From contig NC_090387.1 of assembly GCF_036365525.1 (NCBI RefSeq), positions 89,383,691 to 89,447,690 of the forward strand: 64,000 bases of DNA. The letters run 5' to 3'. Origin of the DNA: Heterodontus francisci. Lineage: Eukaryota. Numbering within the stretch: the first letter of the stretch is position 1; the number at the start of each line of letters is the position of its first letter. This document shows, in pieces, positions 11,776 to 24,223 of this stretch. Made by a program: the position numbers and the translations under genes. Under the pieces are notes generated by a model. That model saw only the letters and a program-made list of their open reading frames with translations. It was not told where the DNA came from and ran no database searches.

Positions 11776-12265
11776 TTTTTTTTAGAGAAACTGGCGACCA
11801 CTAGCAGTACCCAGAATTGAACCTGGGTTCCTAGAACTGTGAGGCAGCGGTGCTAACCACTGCGCCACTCCTGATTCTTGAATGGGAGAATTGTGGTATT
11901 GGGATGAAGAGCTTCAGTGGGCAATTTTTTTTTTGCCAGTCCTTGACTTTGATATTTTGAGATGCACCACTGAAACAGGCCCTTCGGCCCACCGAGTCTT
12001 TGCTGACCAACAACCACCCATTTCACACTGACCCGACAGTGATCCCATATTCCCGACCACCTACCTCCACTGGGGACAATTTATAAAAGCCAATTTATCG
12101 ATCACCTGTCAGTCTTTGGCTGTGGGAGGAAACCGGTACACCTAGCGAAAACCCACGCGGCCACAGGAGGAACTTGCAAACTCCGCACAGGCACTACCCA
12201 GAATTGAACCTGGGTTCCTCGAACTGTGAGGCAGCGGTGCTAACCACTACGCCACTGTTGCTGCC
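11776..12265 (-). mobile_element. Two V-SINE insertions (short 11776-11872; full ~11955-12265), left arm only
   Basis: Same family as 1240-1540; absent at mirror site ~35700-35815. Confidence 0.8.
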
Positions 12266-12375
12266 AAACATCGAGCTGTAACCTAATTTCCGTGTATTAT
12301 TTTCATTCCAGTGTTAATGTCCAGGTTTGAAAAAAAAATAACATGATTGAATGTGGTTATAGACTGTTGTCTTTC

Positions 12376-15300
12376 TTATTTTCCTTCCTTTTTCCTTTCC
12401 TTCCTTTTGGCCTCCTTGTCTCGACAGACAATGGGTAAGCACCTAGAGGTGGTCAGTGGTTTCTGGAGCAGCGCCTGGAGTAGCTCTAATGGCCAATTCT
12501 AGAGTGACAGACTCTTCCACAGGCGTTGCAGGTAAAGTTGGCTGTCGGGGCTGTTACACAGTTGGCTCTCTCCTTACACTGATGTCTCTTTTCCTGCCAA
12601 CTGCTGAGTCTCTTTGACTCACCACTCTTGAACCCTGCCTTTACAGCTGTCCGCCAGCTCTGGCGACCACTGGCAACTGGCTCCGACGACTTGTGGTCAA
12701 TGACACAAGACTTCATGAAGTGTTTCCAAAGATCTTTAAAGCAGAGACATGGATGGCTGGTGGGTCTGATAGCAGTGACGAGCTCGCTGTACATTGCATC
12801 CTTGGGGATCCTGCCATCCTCCATGCGGCTCACATGGCCAAGCCATCTCAAGCACCACTGGCTCAGTAGTGCATACATGTTGGGGAAGTTGGCTGCCTCG
12901 AGGACTTCTACGTTGGAGATACGGTCCTGCCACATGATGTCAAGGATTCTGCGGAGTCGGTGAATATGGAATGCGTTGAGACGTCGCTGAGATACATTGT
13001 CCAGGCCTCGCTGCCATAGAGCAAGGTATTGAGGACACAGGCTTGAAACATTCGGTCTTTTCTGTTCCGTGTTAGTGCGCCCTTTTCCTACACCCTCTTG
13101 GCCAGTCTAGACATAGCAACAGACATGTTTTCCACACGCTTGTTGATTTCTGCATTGAGAGACAGACTGCTGCTAATGGTTGAGCCTAGGTAGGTGAAAT
13201 CCTGAACCACTTCCAGAGCGTGGTCACCGATACTGATGGATGGAGCATTTCTGACGTCCTGTCCCATGATGTTCGTTTTCTTGAAACTGATGATTAGGCC
13301 AAATTCGCTGCAGGCAACCGCAAGCACGTCGATGAATCTCTGCAGACACTCTTCCATGTGGTATGTTAATGCAGCATCGTCAGCAAAGAGGAGTTCCCTG
13401 ATGATGACATTCCATACTTTGGTCTTCGCCCTAACATGGGCAAGGTTGAACAACCCGCCATCTGATCTTGTGTGGAGGAAAATTCCTTCCTCTGAAGACT
13501 TAAACACATGAGTGGGCAGCAATGAGAAGAAGTTCCCAAACAATTTGGGTGTGCGAGCACAGCCCTGCTTCACACCACTCAGGGTGGGAAAGGAGTCTGA
13601 TCGTGCACTGTTATGCTGAATTATGCCTTTCATATTGTCATGGAACGAGTTGATGATGCTTCATAGCTTTGGTGGACATCCTAGTAGTCTGAAGAGACAA
13701 CGTCTGCTGACAAGATCAAAGGTTTTGGAGAGATCTATGAAGGCAACATCGAGGGGCATCCATTGTTCACAACATTTCTCCTGTAGCTAGCGAAGGGAGA
13801 AAAGCATAGCAATAGTGGATCTCTCTGGTCGAAAGCCACACTGAGCCTCAGAGTCGACACGCTCAGCCAGCTTCTGGAGTCTGTTTAAATTGACTCGAGC
13901 GAAGGCTTTCACCATTGTGCTGAACAGGAAGATTCCACGGTAGTTGTTGCATTCACCACGATCACCCATGTTCTTATAGAGGGTGACGATATTGGCATTG
14001 TGCATGTCCTGTGGTACTGCTCCCTCATCCAAGCACAGAAAAAGCAGTTCATGGAGTGCTGAGAGTATAGCAGGCTTGGCACACTTGATTATTTCAGGGG
14101 TAATGCTGTCCTTTTCAGGGGCTTTTCCGCTGGCTAGAGAATCGATGGCATTGCTGAGCTTTGATTTTGTGGCTGTTCGTCCAGCTCGTCCATGACTGGC
14201 AGAGACTGGGCTGCATTGAGGGCGATATCAGTGACATCATTTTCCATGGAGTTCAGTTCTAGGTAGTGCTCCCCGAGTGGTCCATTTGCTTGCTTGGGTC
14301 AGTGATCGTTTCACTTGACTTAGACTTGAGGGGGGGGGGGGGCGATCTTCTTTATGGTTGGCCCAAAGCTCTCTTAATGCCGTCATACATTCCTCCAATG
14401 TTTCCGGTGTCAAAGGCCAGCTGAATATGACTGCATAGGTGTTGCCAGTAGTCATTTGCACAGCGCCTGGCTGTTCTTTGCGTGGTGTTTCTCCCGGCTT
14501 TAAGTACAAAGAAAGTTAACTCATTGGGGCCTTTCTTGTGGTTCAGCAGTGCAGTGCTCTTGGTGGCTATGACTGGTTACATCTCTGCAAAGTGAGATTG
14601 AAACCAGTCTGTATTCTGCTTCTCACGCTTGTCAAAAGTGCCCATTGCTGAGTCATAGATGGCGTCTCTGATGTGGGCCCACTTGGTGTCTGCATCCCCT
14701 GAAGTAGTGTTTTGAAGGGCTTTTTCAAGCAAATTGAGAAACTTTTGTGACAGCTGTGGGTAAGAAATTCTGTTAGTATTGATGCGCGGGCGGCCATTCT
14801 GCTTGGAGTGATGTAACTTCTTTGGTTTGAGTTTAACTTTGCTGCACACCAGGGAGTGGTCGGTGTTGCAGTCCACACTGTGGAAGCTGCGTGTGATTTG
14901 AACACTGTTTATGGAGGCTCGCCTTGTGACGATGAGATCCAGCTGGTGCCAACGACATGACCTTGGATGTGCCATGAAAGCTGGTGACAGAACGAGTTGG
15001 TGATGCAGCGGTTGTTGTCAGTACACAGTTCCAGCAGTCTCTGTCCATTCTCATTCATCCTTCCAATACCATAGCGCCCGAGGCAGGAGGGGCATGAGTT
15101 GAGTCGGCCCCAATTCTGGCATTAAAGTCCCCCAGCAGGATCAAATGTTAGTTATTATGGATGCTACTAATGACATTTTGGAGGTCCTTGTAGAACTGGC
15201 CTTTAACATCAGGTGGGGAGCAAAGTGTTGGAGCATAGATGCTGAGTACTGGGCCAAAGTCGGTGAGCAGTCCAGTGGACAGGATGCATTCCGAGCCTTT

Positions 15301-15385
15301 TGTAGGTGACTCTATCATGCTGAACAAAGAGTTTCTGATGGAAAATCCCACTCCATGCTGTCTTGGTTCTTCTGGGTCCCTACCC
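12376..15385 (-). mobile_element. RTE-clade LINE with 24-bp TSD
   Basis: HPRS..WHQLDLIVTRR (APE), ELLFADDAAL (RT), WQDRISNVEVL, C-terminal CxxCGRxCxSRIGH; TSD tgtggttatagactgttgtctttc 12352-12375/15386-15409; purine-repeat tail. Confidence 0.92.
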
Positions 15386-15589
15386 TGTGGTTATAGACTG
15401 TTGTCTTTCATATTTTATTCATTTGTATTATATAATAAATCCAATTGTAAGATTATGTGCTGGTAAAATAAATGCATATCAGATTCCTTCCTGTTACCTC
15501 TTCATGTTGCAGCTGTTGTAAGCTTAAAGTTCCAGATTTTTATGAGCATAAACAGATACAAAGTACGCTTGTTGAGCATAAGCCGTAGG

Positions 15590-17940
15590 GAATATACGTA
15601 GAAATAGGTCTTTTGGTCCCTCAAACCTGCGTTCACATTCAATTAAATCCAGGCTGATCCAATTGTGGCCTTAACTCCCTATCTGGCCCCTATTCACTTG
15701 TAAATTAAATATCTATAAAGCTCAGCCTTGAACATATTCAATGACCCAACCTCCACTGATCCCTGGGGGAGAGAATGCCAAAGAGAATGATCCTCTGAGA
15801 GAGGAAATTCCTCCTCATCTCTGTCTTAAATGGGAGACCCCTTATTTTGAAGCTATGTCCACCAATTCCAAATTCCGCCATGAGGGGAAACATTCTCTCT
15901 GAATCTACCCGATCAAGCCCCCTCAGAATCCGATATGTTGCAATAATATCCCCACTCCTTCTTTAAAACTGCAATAAGTATTAGCACTACCTGCTCAAGC
16001 TTTCCTCATAAGGCAACGCCTTCATCCCAGAAATCAGCCCAGTGGACCTTCTCTGAACTGCCTACAATGCAAGCATGTCCCTCATTAACTAAAGGGGCCA
16101 GAACTGTTCACTGTACTCTAGGTGCCATCTCACCAATGCCCTGTGCAGATGTAGCAAGACCTCCGTACTTATATACTCCAACCTCCTTGCAATTAAGGCC
16201 AACATTCCATTTATTTTCCTAATTAACGCTATACCTGCATGGTAGCTTTTTGTGATTCATGTATGAGAACAACCAGATCCCTCCGTACTGCAGCATTCTG
16301 AAGTCTTTCTCAATTTAAATAATATTCTGCTTTTCTATTTTTCCTGCCAAAGTGGACAACATCACATTATCCAACGTTATTTTCCATCTGCAATCTTTTG
16401 TCCACACACCCTATCCACATTCATTTGCAGAGACCCCGAGTCCTCACCACAACTTTCTTTCCTATCTATCTTTGTATTGTCACCAAATGTGGCTCCAATA
16501 CACTCGCTCCCTACATTCAAGTCAATAAAATAGATTGGAAGCTGTTGAGGCTCCAGCAATGATCCCTGTAGAACCCTACAGGTTACAGTTCACTAGCCTA
16601 AAAATGACCCATTTATCCCAAATTATCCTTAGTTACCCAATCCTCTATCCACGGTCTGTCCCAACGCCATGAGCTCTTATTTTGGTTACCTTTTATGTAC
16701 TTTGTTTATGCGGTATACTTGGATTTTGAGAAGGCTTCTGATAAAGTCCCCCACAGAAGGTTGGTTAGAATTATTAAAGGATTCGGACAGGAGGTAATAT
16801 ATTGGCTTGGATTAAGGATTGGTTAAAAGGAAGAAAGCAGAAAGTAGGAATAAACAGGCCATTCTCACGTTGGCAGGCTGTGACTAGTGGGGTACGGCAG
16901 GGACCAGTGCTTTGGCCCCAGCTGTTTCCAATATATAACAATGATTTGGATGTGGGGACCAAATGTGGCATTTCCCAGTACTCAGATGACATAAAACTAT
17001 GAGGGAATGTGTGTTGTGAGAAAGAATAAAAGCAGCTTCAGGCGATTTGGAGAGACTCAGTGAGTGGGCAAGAACATGACAGATGGAATATAATGTGGAA
17101 AAATGCGATGCTTTCCAATTGGGTGGGAGGAACAGATGTGCAGGTAAGAAATTAAAAAGTGCTGATGTGCAAAGGGACCTGGGTGTCCTTGTCAATAAGT
17201 CACTGAAAGCTAACATGCAGGTGCAGCAAGCAATTAACGAGGCTAATTGTATGTTAGCCTTTATCACAAGAGGATTTGAGTACAGGAGTAGTGAAGTCTT
17301 GTCTCAATTGGATAGAACCTTGGCTAGACCGCACATGGAGTACTGGGTACAGTTTTGGACCCCTTAGCAGAGGAAAGATATTATTGCCTTAGAAAGAGTG
17401 CAACAAAGGTTCACCAGACTTGTCCCTGTGATGGCGGAACTGTCCTATGAAGAGAGATTGCGGAAACTGGGCCTGTATTCTCTAGACTTTGGAAGAATGA
17501 AAGGTGATCTCATTGAAACCGACAAATTACTTTAAGGGATAGACAGGGTAGATGCAGCTAAGATGTATCCCCTGGTTGGGGGGTGTAGAACCAGGGGACA
17601 CAATTTCAAAATAAGGTGGAAACCACTTCAGACAGAGATGAGGAGAAATTTATTTACTCAGACGGTTGTGAATCTTTGGAATTCTCTACCCCAGAGGGCT
17701 ATTGAAGCTTAGTCATTGAGTATGTCTAAAGCAGAGATCGACAGATTTCTAAGCACAAATGTCATATGGGGAGATGAAGATAGTGTAGGAAAAAGGCATT
17801 GAAGTGGATGATCAGCCATGGTCATATTAAATGGGGAGGCAGGCTCGATAGGCTGAATGGCCTGCCCCTGCACCTATGTCCCTATTATCGAATGCTTTCT
17901 GTAAATCCAAACACAGTACTGGTTCCCCTTTATCCATTAG
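15590..17940 (-). mobile_element. CR1 remnant containing a nested opposite-strand CR1 (~16703-17885, +); mirror ~30075-32420
   Basis: YLDFEKASDKV, WIKDWLKGRKQKV, RPHMEYWVQFW motifs; the host CR1 resumes at ~17886. Confidence 0.8.
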
Positions 17941-18652
17941 GTAGTGCTGTTAATCGGATGTGAAATGCATTGCATGGCACAAGCTGTTGTTTGATGAGTT
18001 GCACTTTGAAAAGTGAGCAATATTATGTCCATATGAATTAAGAGCAGGAGTAGACTATTTGGCCAATCGAGCCTACTCCACCATTATTTTTTTTCATTCG
18101 TTCATGGGATGTGGGCATCACTGGCTAGGCCAGCATATTTTGCCCATCTATAATTGCCCTTGACAAGGTGATGGTGAGCTGCCTTCCTGAACTCCTGCAG
18201 TCTATGTGAGGTAGGTACACCCACAGTGCTCTTAGGAAGGGAGTTCCAGGATTTTGACCCAATGACAGGGAAGGAATGGCGATACAGTACAAGTCAGGAT
18301 GGTATGTGACTTGAAGTGGAATTTGCAGGTGGTGATGTTCCCATGTATCTTCTGCCTTTGTCCTTCGAGGTGATAGAGGTCGCAGGTTGTGAAGGTGCTG
18401 TCTAAGAATACTTGGTGCGTTGCTGCGGTGCATCTTATAGATGGTACACACTGCTGCCACTGTACGTCTTTGGTAGAGGGACTGAATGTTTGTGGATGGT
18501 GTGCAAATCAAGCAGGCTACTTTGTCCTGGATGGTAAGAAAAACAAGAAATGCTGGAAATGCTCAGCAGCTCTGGCAGGATCTGTGGAGAGAGAAACTGA
18601 AGTTCTGGGTTCTGAGTAAGGGTCACTGACCTGAAACGTTAACGCTGCTTCT

Positions 18653-21600
18653 AGTCAAGCAACAGCCTGACATAGTCATACTCACGGAATCATACCTTAC
18701 AGACAATGTCCCAGAAACTGCCATCACAATCCTTGGGTATGCCCTATCCCACCGACAGGACAGACCCACCAGAGGTGGTGGCACAGTGGTATACAATAGG
18801 AAGGGAGTAGCCTTGGGAGTCCTCAACATCGACTCTGGACCCCATGAAGTCTCATGGCATTAGATCAAACATGGACAAGGAAACATCCTGCTGATTACCA
18901 TTTACTGCCCTCCCTCAGCTGATGATTCACTACTCCTCCATGTTGAACAGCACTTGGAGGAAGCATTGAGGGTGGCGAGGGCACAAAATGTACTCTGGGT
19001 GGGGGACTTCAATGTCCATCACCAAGAGTGGCTCGGTAGCACCACTACTGACCGAACTGGCCGAGCCCGAAAGGACATATCTGCTAGACTGGGTACTCGG
19101 CAGGTGAAGAGGGAACCAACAAGAGGGGAAAACATATTTGATCTCGTCCTCACCAATCTGCCTGCCGCAGATGCATCTGTCCATGAGAGTATTGGTAGGG
19201 GTGACCACCGCACAGTCGTTGTGGAGACGAAGTCCCGCCTTCACTTTGAGGATACCCTCCATCGTGTTGTGTGGCACTACCATGGTGCTAAATAGGATAG
19301 ATTTCGATCAAATCTAGCAATGCAAAACTGGGCATCCATGAGGCGCTGTGGGCCATCAGGAGCAGCCGAATTGTACACAACCACAATCTGTAACCTCATG
19401 GCCTGCATATCCCCCACTCTACCATTTCCATCAAGCCAGAAGACCAACCCTGTTTCAATGAAGATTGCAGGAGGGCATGCCAGGAGCAGTACCAGGCATA
19501 CCTCAAAATGAGGTGTCAACCTGGTGAAGCTACAACACAGGACTATCTGCCTGCCAAACTGCATAAGCAGCATGCGATAGACATAGCTAAGCAATCCCAT
19601 AACCAATGGATCAAATCTAAGCTCGGCAGTCATGCCACATCCAGCTGTGAATTGTGGTGGACAATTAAACAACTAACCAGAGGAGCTGGCTCCACAAATA
19701 TCCCCATCCTCAATGATGGGGGAGTCCAGCACATCAGTCTGAAAGATAAGGCTGAAGCATTTGCAACAATCTTTAGCCAGACGTGCCGAGTTTATGATCC
19801 ATCTCGGCCTCCTCCTGAAGACACCAGCATCACAGATGCTAGACATCAGCCAATTCAATTCACTCCGCACGATATCAAGAAATGACTGAAGGCAATCGAT
19901 ACTGCAAAGGCTATGGGCCCTGACAATATTCCGGCAATAGTACTGCAGGCCTGTGTTCCAGAACCTGCCACGCCCTTCGCCAAGCTGTTCCAGTATAGCT
20001 ACAATACTGACATCTAGGTGGCAATGTGGAAAGTTGCCCAAGAATGTCCTGTACACAAACTGCAGGACAAGTCCAACCAGGCCAATTATCGCTCCATCAG
20101 TCTACTCTCGATCATCAGTAAAGTGGTGGAAGGTGTCATTGACAGTGTCATCAAGCGGCACTTGCTTAGCAATAACCTGCTCATTGACGCTCAGTTTGGG
20201 TTCCGCCAAAGCCACTCAGCTCCTGGCCTCATTACAGCCTTGGTTCAAAAGAGCTGAACTCAAGAGGTGGGGTGAGAGTAACTGCCCTTGACATCAAAGC
20301 AGCATTTGACCGAGTGTGGCATCAAGGAGCCCCAGCAAAACCGAGGTCAATGGGAATTGGGGAAAAACCCTCTGCTGGCTGGAGTCATACCTAGCGCAAA
20401 GGAAGATGGTTGTGGTTGTTGGAGGTTAATCATCTGAGCTCCAGGACATCACTGCAGGAGTTCCTCAGGGTAGTGTCCTCGGCCCAACCGTCTTCAGCTG
20501 CTTCATCAATGACATTCCTTAATCATAAGGTCAGAAGTGGGGATGTTCACCGATGATTGCACAAAATTCAGCACTATTCGTGACTCCTCAGATAGTAAAG
20601 CAGTCCGTGTAGAAATGCAGCAAGACCTGGACAATATCCAAGCTTGGGCTGAGAGGTGGCAAGTAACATTCGTGCCACACAAGTGCCAGGCAATGACCAT
20701 CTCCAAGAAGAGGGAATCAAACCATCTCCCCTTGACATTCAACGGCATTACCATCGCTGATTCCCCCACTATCAACTTCCTCGGGGCTACCATTGACCAG
20801 AAACTGAACTGGAGTAGCCATATAAATAACGTGGCTACAAAAGTAGGTCAGAGGCTACTTCAACGCCAGGAGCATACGGAATAAGGTGGGTGAGCTTGCA
20901 GCATGGGTTGGTACCTGGGATCTCGATGTAGTGGCCATTTCGGAGACATGGGTAGAGCAGGGGCAGGAATGGATGTTGTAGGTTCCGGGATTTAGATGTT
21001 TCAGTAAGAACAGAGAAGATGGTAAAAGAGGGGGGGGGGGGTGGCATTGTTAATCAAGGAGAGTATTACAGCGACAGAAAGGACGTTTGAGGACTCGTCT
21101 ACGGAGGTAGTATGGGCCGAGGTTAGAAACAGGAGAGGTGAGGTCACCCTGTTGGGAGTCTTTTATAGACCTTCAAATTGTTCCAGAGATGTAGAGGAAA
21201 GGATAGCGAAGATGATTCTCGACAGGGGCGAGAGTAACAGGGTAGTTGTTATGGGGGACTTTAACTTTCCAAATATCGACTGGAAATACTATAGTTCGAG
21301 TACTTTAGATGGGTCAGTTTTTGTCCAGAGTGTGCAGGAGGGTTTTCTGACACAGTATGTAGACAGGCCAACCAGAGGCGATGCCACATTGGATTTGGTA
21401 CTGGGTAATGAACCCGGCCAGGTGTTAGATTTAGATGTAGCTGAGCACTTTGGTGATAGTGATCACAATTCGGTTAGGTTTACCTTAGCGATGGGCAGGG
21501 ACAGGTATATACCGCAGGGCAAAAATTATAGCTGGGGGAAAGGAAATTATGATGCGATTAGGCAAGATTTAGGATGCGTAGGATGGGGAAGGAAACTGCA

Positions 21601-24223
21601 GGGGATGGAAACAATCGAAATGTGGAGCTTATTCAAGGAGCAGCTACTGCGTGTCCTTGATAAGTATGTTCCTGTGAGGCAGGGAGGAAGTTGTCGAGCG
21701 AGGGAGCCGTGGTTTACTAAAGAAGTTGAAGCGCTTGTCAAGAGGAAGAAGAAGGCTTATGTTAGGATGAGACGTGAAGGCTCAGTTCGGGCGCTTGAGA
21801 GTTGCAAGCTAGCCAGGAAGGATCGAAAGGGAGAGCTAAGAAGAGCAAGGAGAGGACACAAGAAGTCATTGGCGGATAGGATCAGGGAAAACCCTAAGAC
21901 TTTCTATAGGTATATCAGGAATAAAAGAATGACTAGAGTTAGATTAGGGCCAATCAAGGATAGTAGTGGGAAGTTGTGTGTGGAATCAGAGGAGGTAGGG
22001 GAAGTGTTAAATGAATATTTTGCATCAGTATTTACAGTAGAGAAAGAAAATGTTGTCGAGGAGAATACTGAGATTCAGGCTACTAGGCTAGATGGGATTG
22101 AGGTTCACAAGGAGGAGGTGTTATCAATTTTGGAAAGTGTGAAAATAGATAAGTTCCCTGGACCAGATGGGATTTATCCTAGGATTCTCTGGGAAGCCAG
22201 GGAGGAGATTGCAGAGCCTTTGTCCTTGATCTTTATGTCGTCATTGTCCACAGGAATAGTGCCGGAAGACTGGAGGATAGCAAATGTTGTCCCCTTGTTC
22301 AAGGAGGGGAGTAGAGACAGCCCTGGTAATTATAGACCTGTGAGCCTTACTTCGGTTGTGGGTAAAATGTTGGAAAAGGTTATAAGAGACAGGATTTATA
22401 ATCATCTTGAAAAGAATAAGTTCATTAGCGATAGTCAGCACGGTTTTGTGACGGGTAGGTCGTGCCTCACAAACCTTATTGAGTTTTTCGAGAAGGTGAC
22501 CAAACAGGCGGATGAGGGTAAAGTAGTGGATGTGGTGTATATGGATTTCAGTAAGGCATTTGATAAGGTTCCCCACGGTAGGCGATTGCAGAAAATACGG
22601 AAGTATGGGGTTGAAGGTGATTTAGAGCTTTGGATCAGAAATTGGCTAGCTGAAAGAAGACAGAGGGTGGTGGTTGATGGCAAATGTTCATCCTGGAGTT
22701 TAGAAACTAGTGGTGTACCGCAAGGATCTGTTTTGGGGCCACTGCTGTTTGTCATTTTTATAAATGACCTGGAAGAGGGTGTAGAAGGGTGGGTTAGTAA
22801 ATTTACAGAGTGTACAGAGGGACATAGATAGGCTGCAGAGCTGGGCTGAGAGATGGCAAATGGAGTTTAATGCGGAAAAGAGGGAGGTGATTCACTTTGG
22901 AAGTAGTAACAGGAATGCAGAGTACTGGGCTAATGGGAAGATTCTTGGTAGTGTAGATGAACAGAGAGATCTTGGTGTCCAGGTGCATAAATCCCTGAAG
23001 GTTACTGCCCAGGTTAATAGAGCTGTTAAGAAGGGTGTGTTAGCTTTTATTAGTAGGGGGATCGAGTTTCGGAGCCACGAGGTCATGCTGCAGCTGGACA
23101 AAACTCTGGTGAGACCGCACCTGGAGTATTGCGTGCAGTTCTGGTCACCGCATTATAGGAAGGATGTGGAAGCTATGGAAAGGGTGCAGAGGAAATTTAC
23201 TAGGATGTTGCCTGGTATGGAGGGAAGGTCTTACGAGGAAAGGCTGAGGGACTTGAGGTTGTTTTCATTGGAGAGAAGGAGGAGAAGAGGTGACTTAATA
23301 GAGACATATAAGATAATCAGAGGATTAGATAGGGTGGATAGTGAGAGTCTTTTTCCTCGGATAGTGATGGCAAACAGGAGGGGACATAGCTTTAAGTTGA
23401 GGGGTGATAGATATAGGACAGATGTCAGAGGTAGTTTCTTTACTCAGCGAGTAGTAGGGGCGTGGAACGCCCTGCCTGCAACAGTAGTAGACTTGCCAAC
23501 TTTAAGGGCATTTAAGTAGTCATTGGATAGACATATGGATGAAAATGGAATAGTGTAGGTCAGATGGTTTCACAGGTCGGCGCAACATCGAGGGCCGAAG
23601 GGCCTGTACTGCGCTGTAATGCTCTAATTCTAATTCTAAATCCTGAGGCGAGTAACTCGCCTCCTGACTCCCCAAAGCCTGTCCACTATCTGCAGGCACA
23701 AGTCGGGAGTGCGATGGAATACTCTCCACTTGCCTGGATGGGTGCAGCTCCAACAACACTCAAGAAGCTCGACACCATCCAGGATAAAGCAGCCCGCTTT
23801 ATGGGTACCCCATCTACAAACATTCACTCCCTCCACCACCGACGCACAGTGGCAGCAGTGTGTACCATCTGCAGGATGCACTGCAGCAATGCACCAAGAC
23901 TCCTTACACAGCTCCTTCCAAACCCGTGACCTCTACTAACTAGGAGGACAAGGGCAGCAAATGCATGGGAACAGCACTGCCTGCTAGTTCCCCTCCAAGT
24001 CACACACCATCCTGACTTGGAACTATATCGCCGTTCCTTCACTGTCGCTGGGTCAAAATCCTGGAACTCCCTTCCTAACAGCACTGTGGGTATATGTACC
24101 CCAAATGGACTGCAGCGGTTCAAGAAGGCAGCTCACCACCACCTTGTCAAGGGCAATTAGGGATGGGCAATAAATGCTGGCCTGGCCAGCGTCGCCCACT
24201 TCCCATGAATGAATTTAAAAAAA
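18653..24223 (+). mobile_element. Second-family CR1-group LINE (near full ORF2), left arm only, itself interrupted by CR1
   Basis: WVGDFNVHHQEW, NYRSISLLSIISKV, QFGFR, FTDDC motifs; 3' tail ending gaatgaatttaaaaaaaa at ~24223. Confidence 0.88.
20858..23639 (+). mobile_element. Young CR1 LINE (endonuclease + RT; 596-aa and 219-aa ORF pieces)
   Basis: Starts at FNARSI; MGDFNFP, SDHN, PGPDG, QHGF, MDFSKAFDKVPH, GVPQGSVLGP; catalytic FADD deleted near 22805; (aattct)n tail. Confidence 0.95.

Noticed and set aside
21041-22831. 596-aa ORF as an active LINE or host gene
   Set aside because: CR1 ORF2 with upstream stop, 5' truncation and deleted catalytic FADD.
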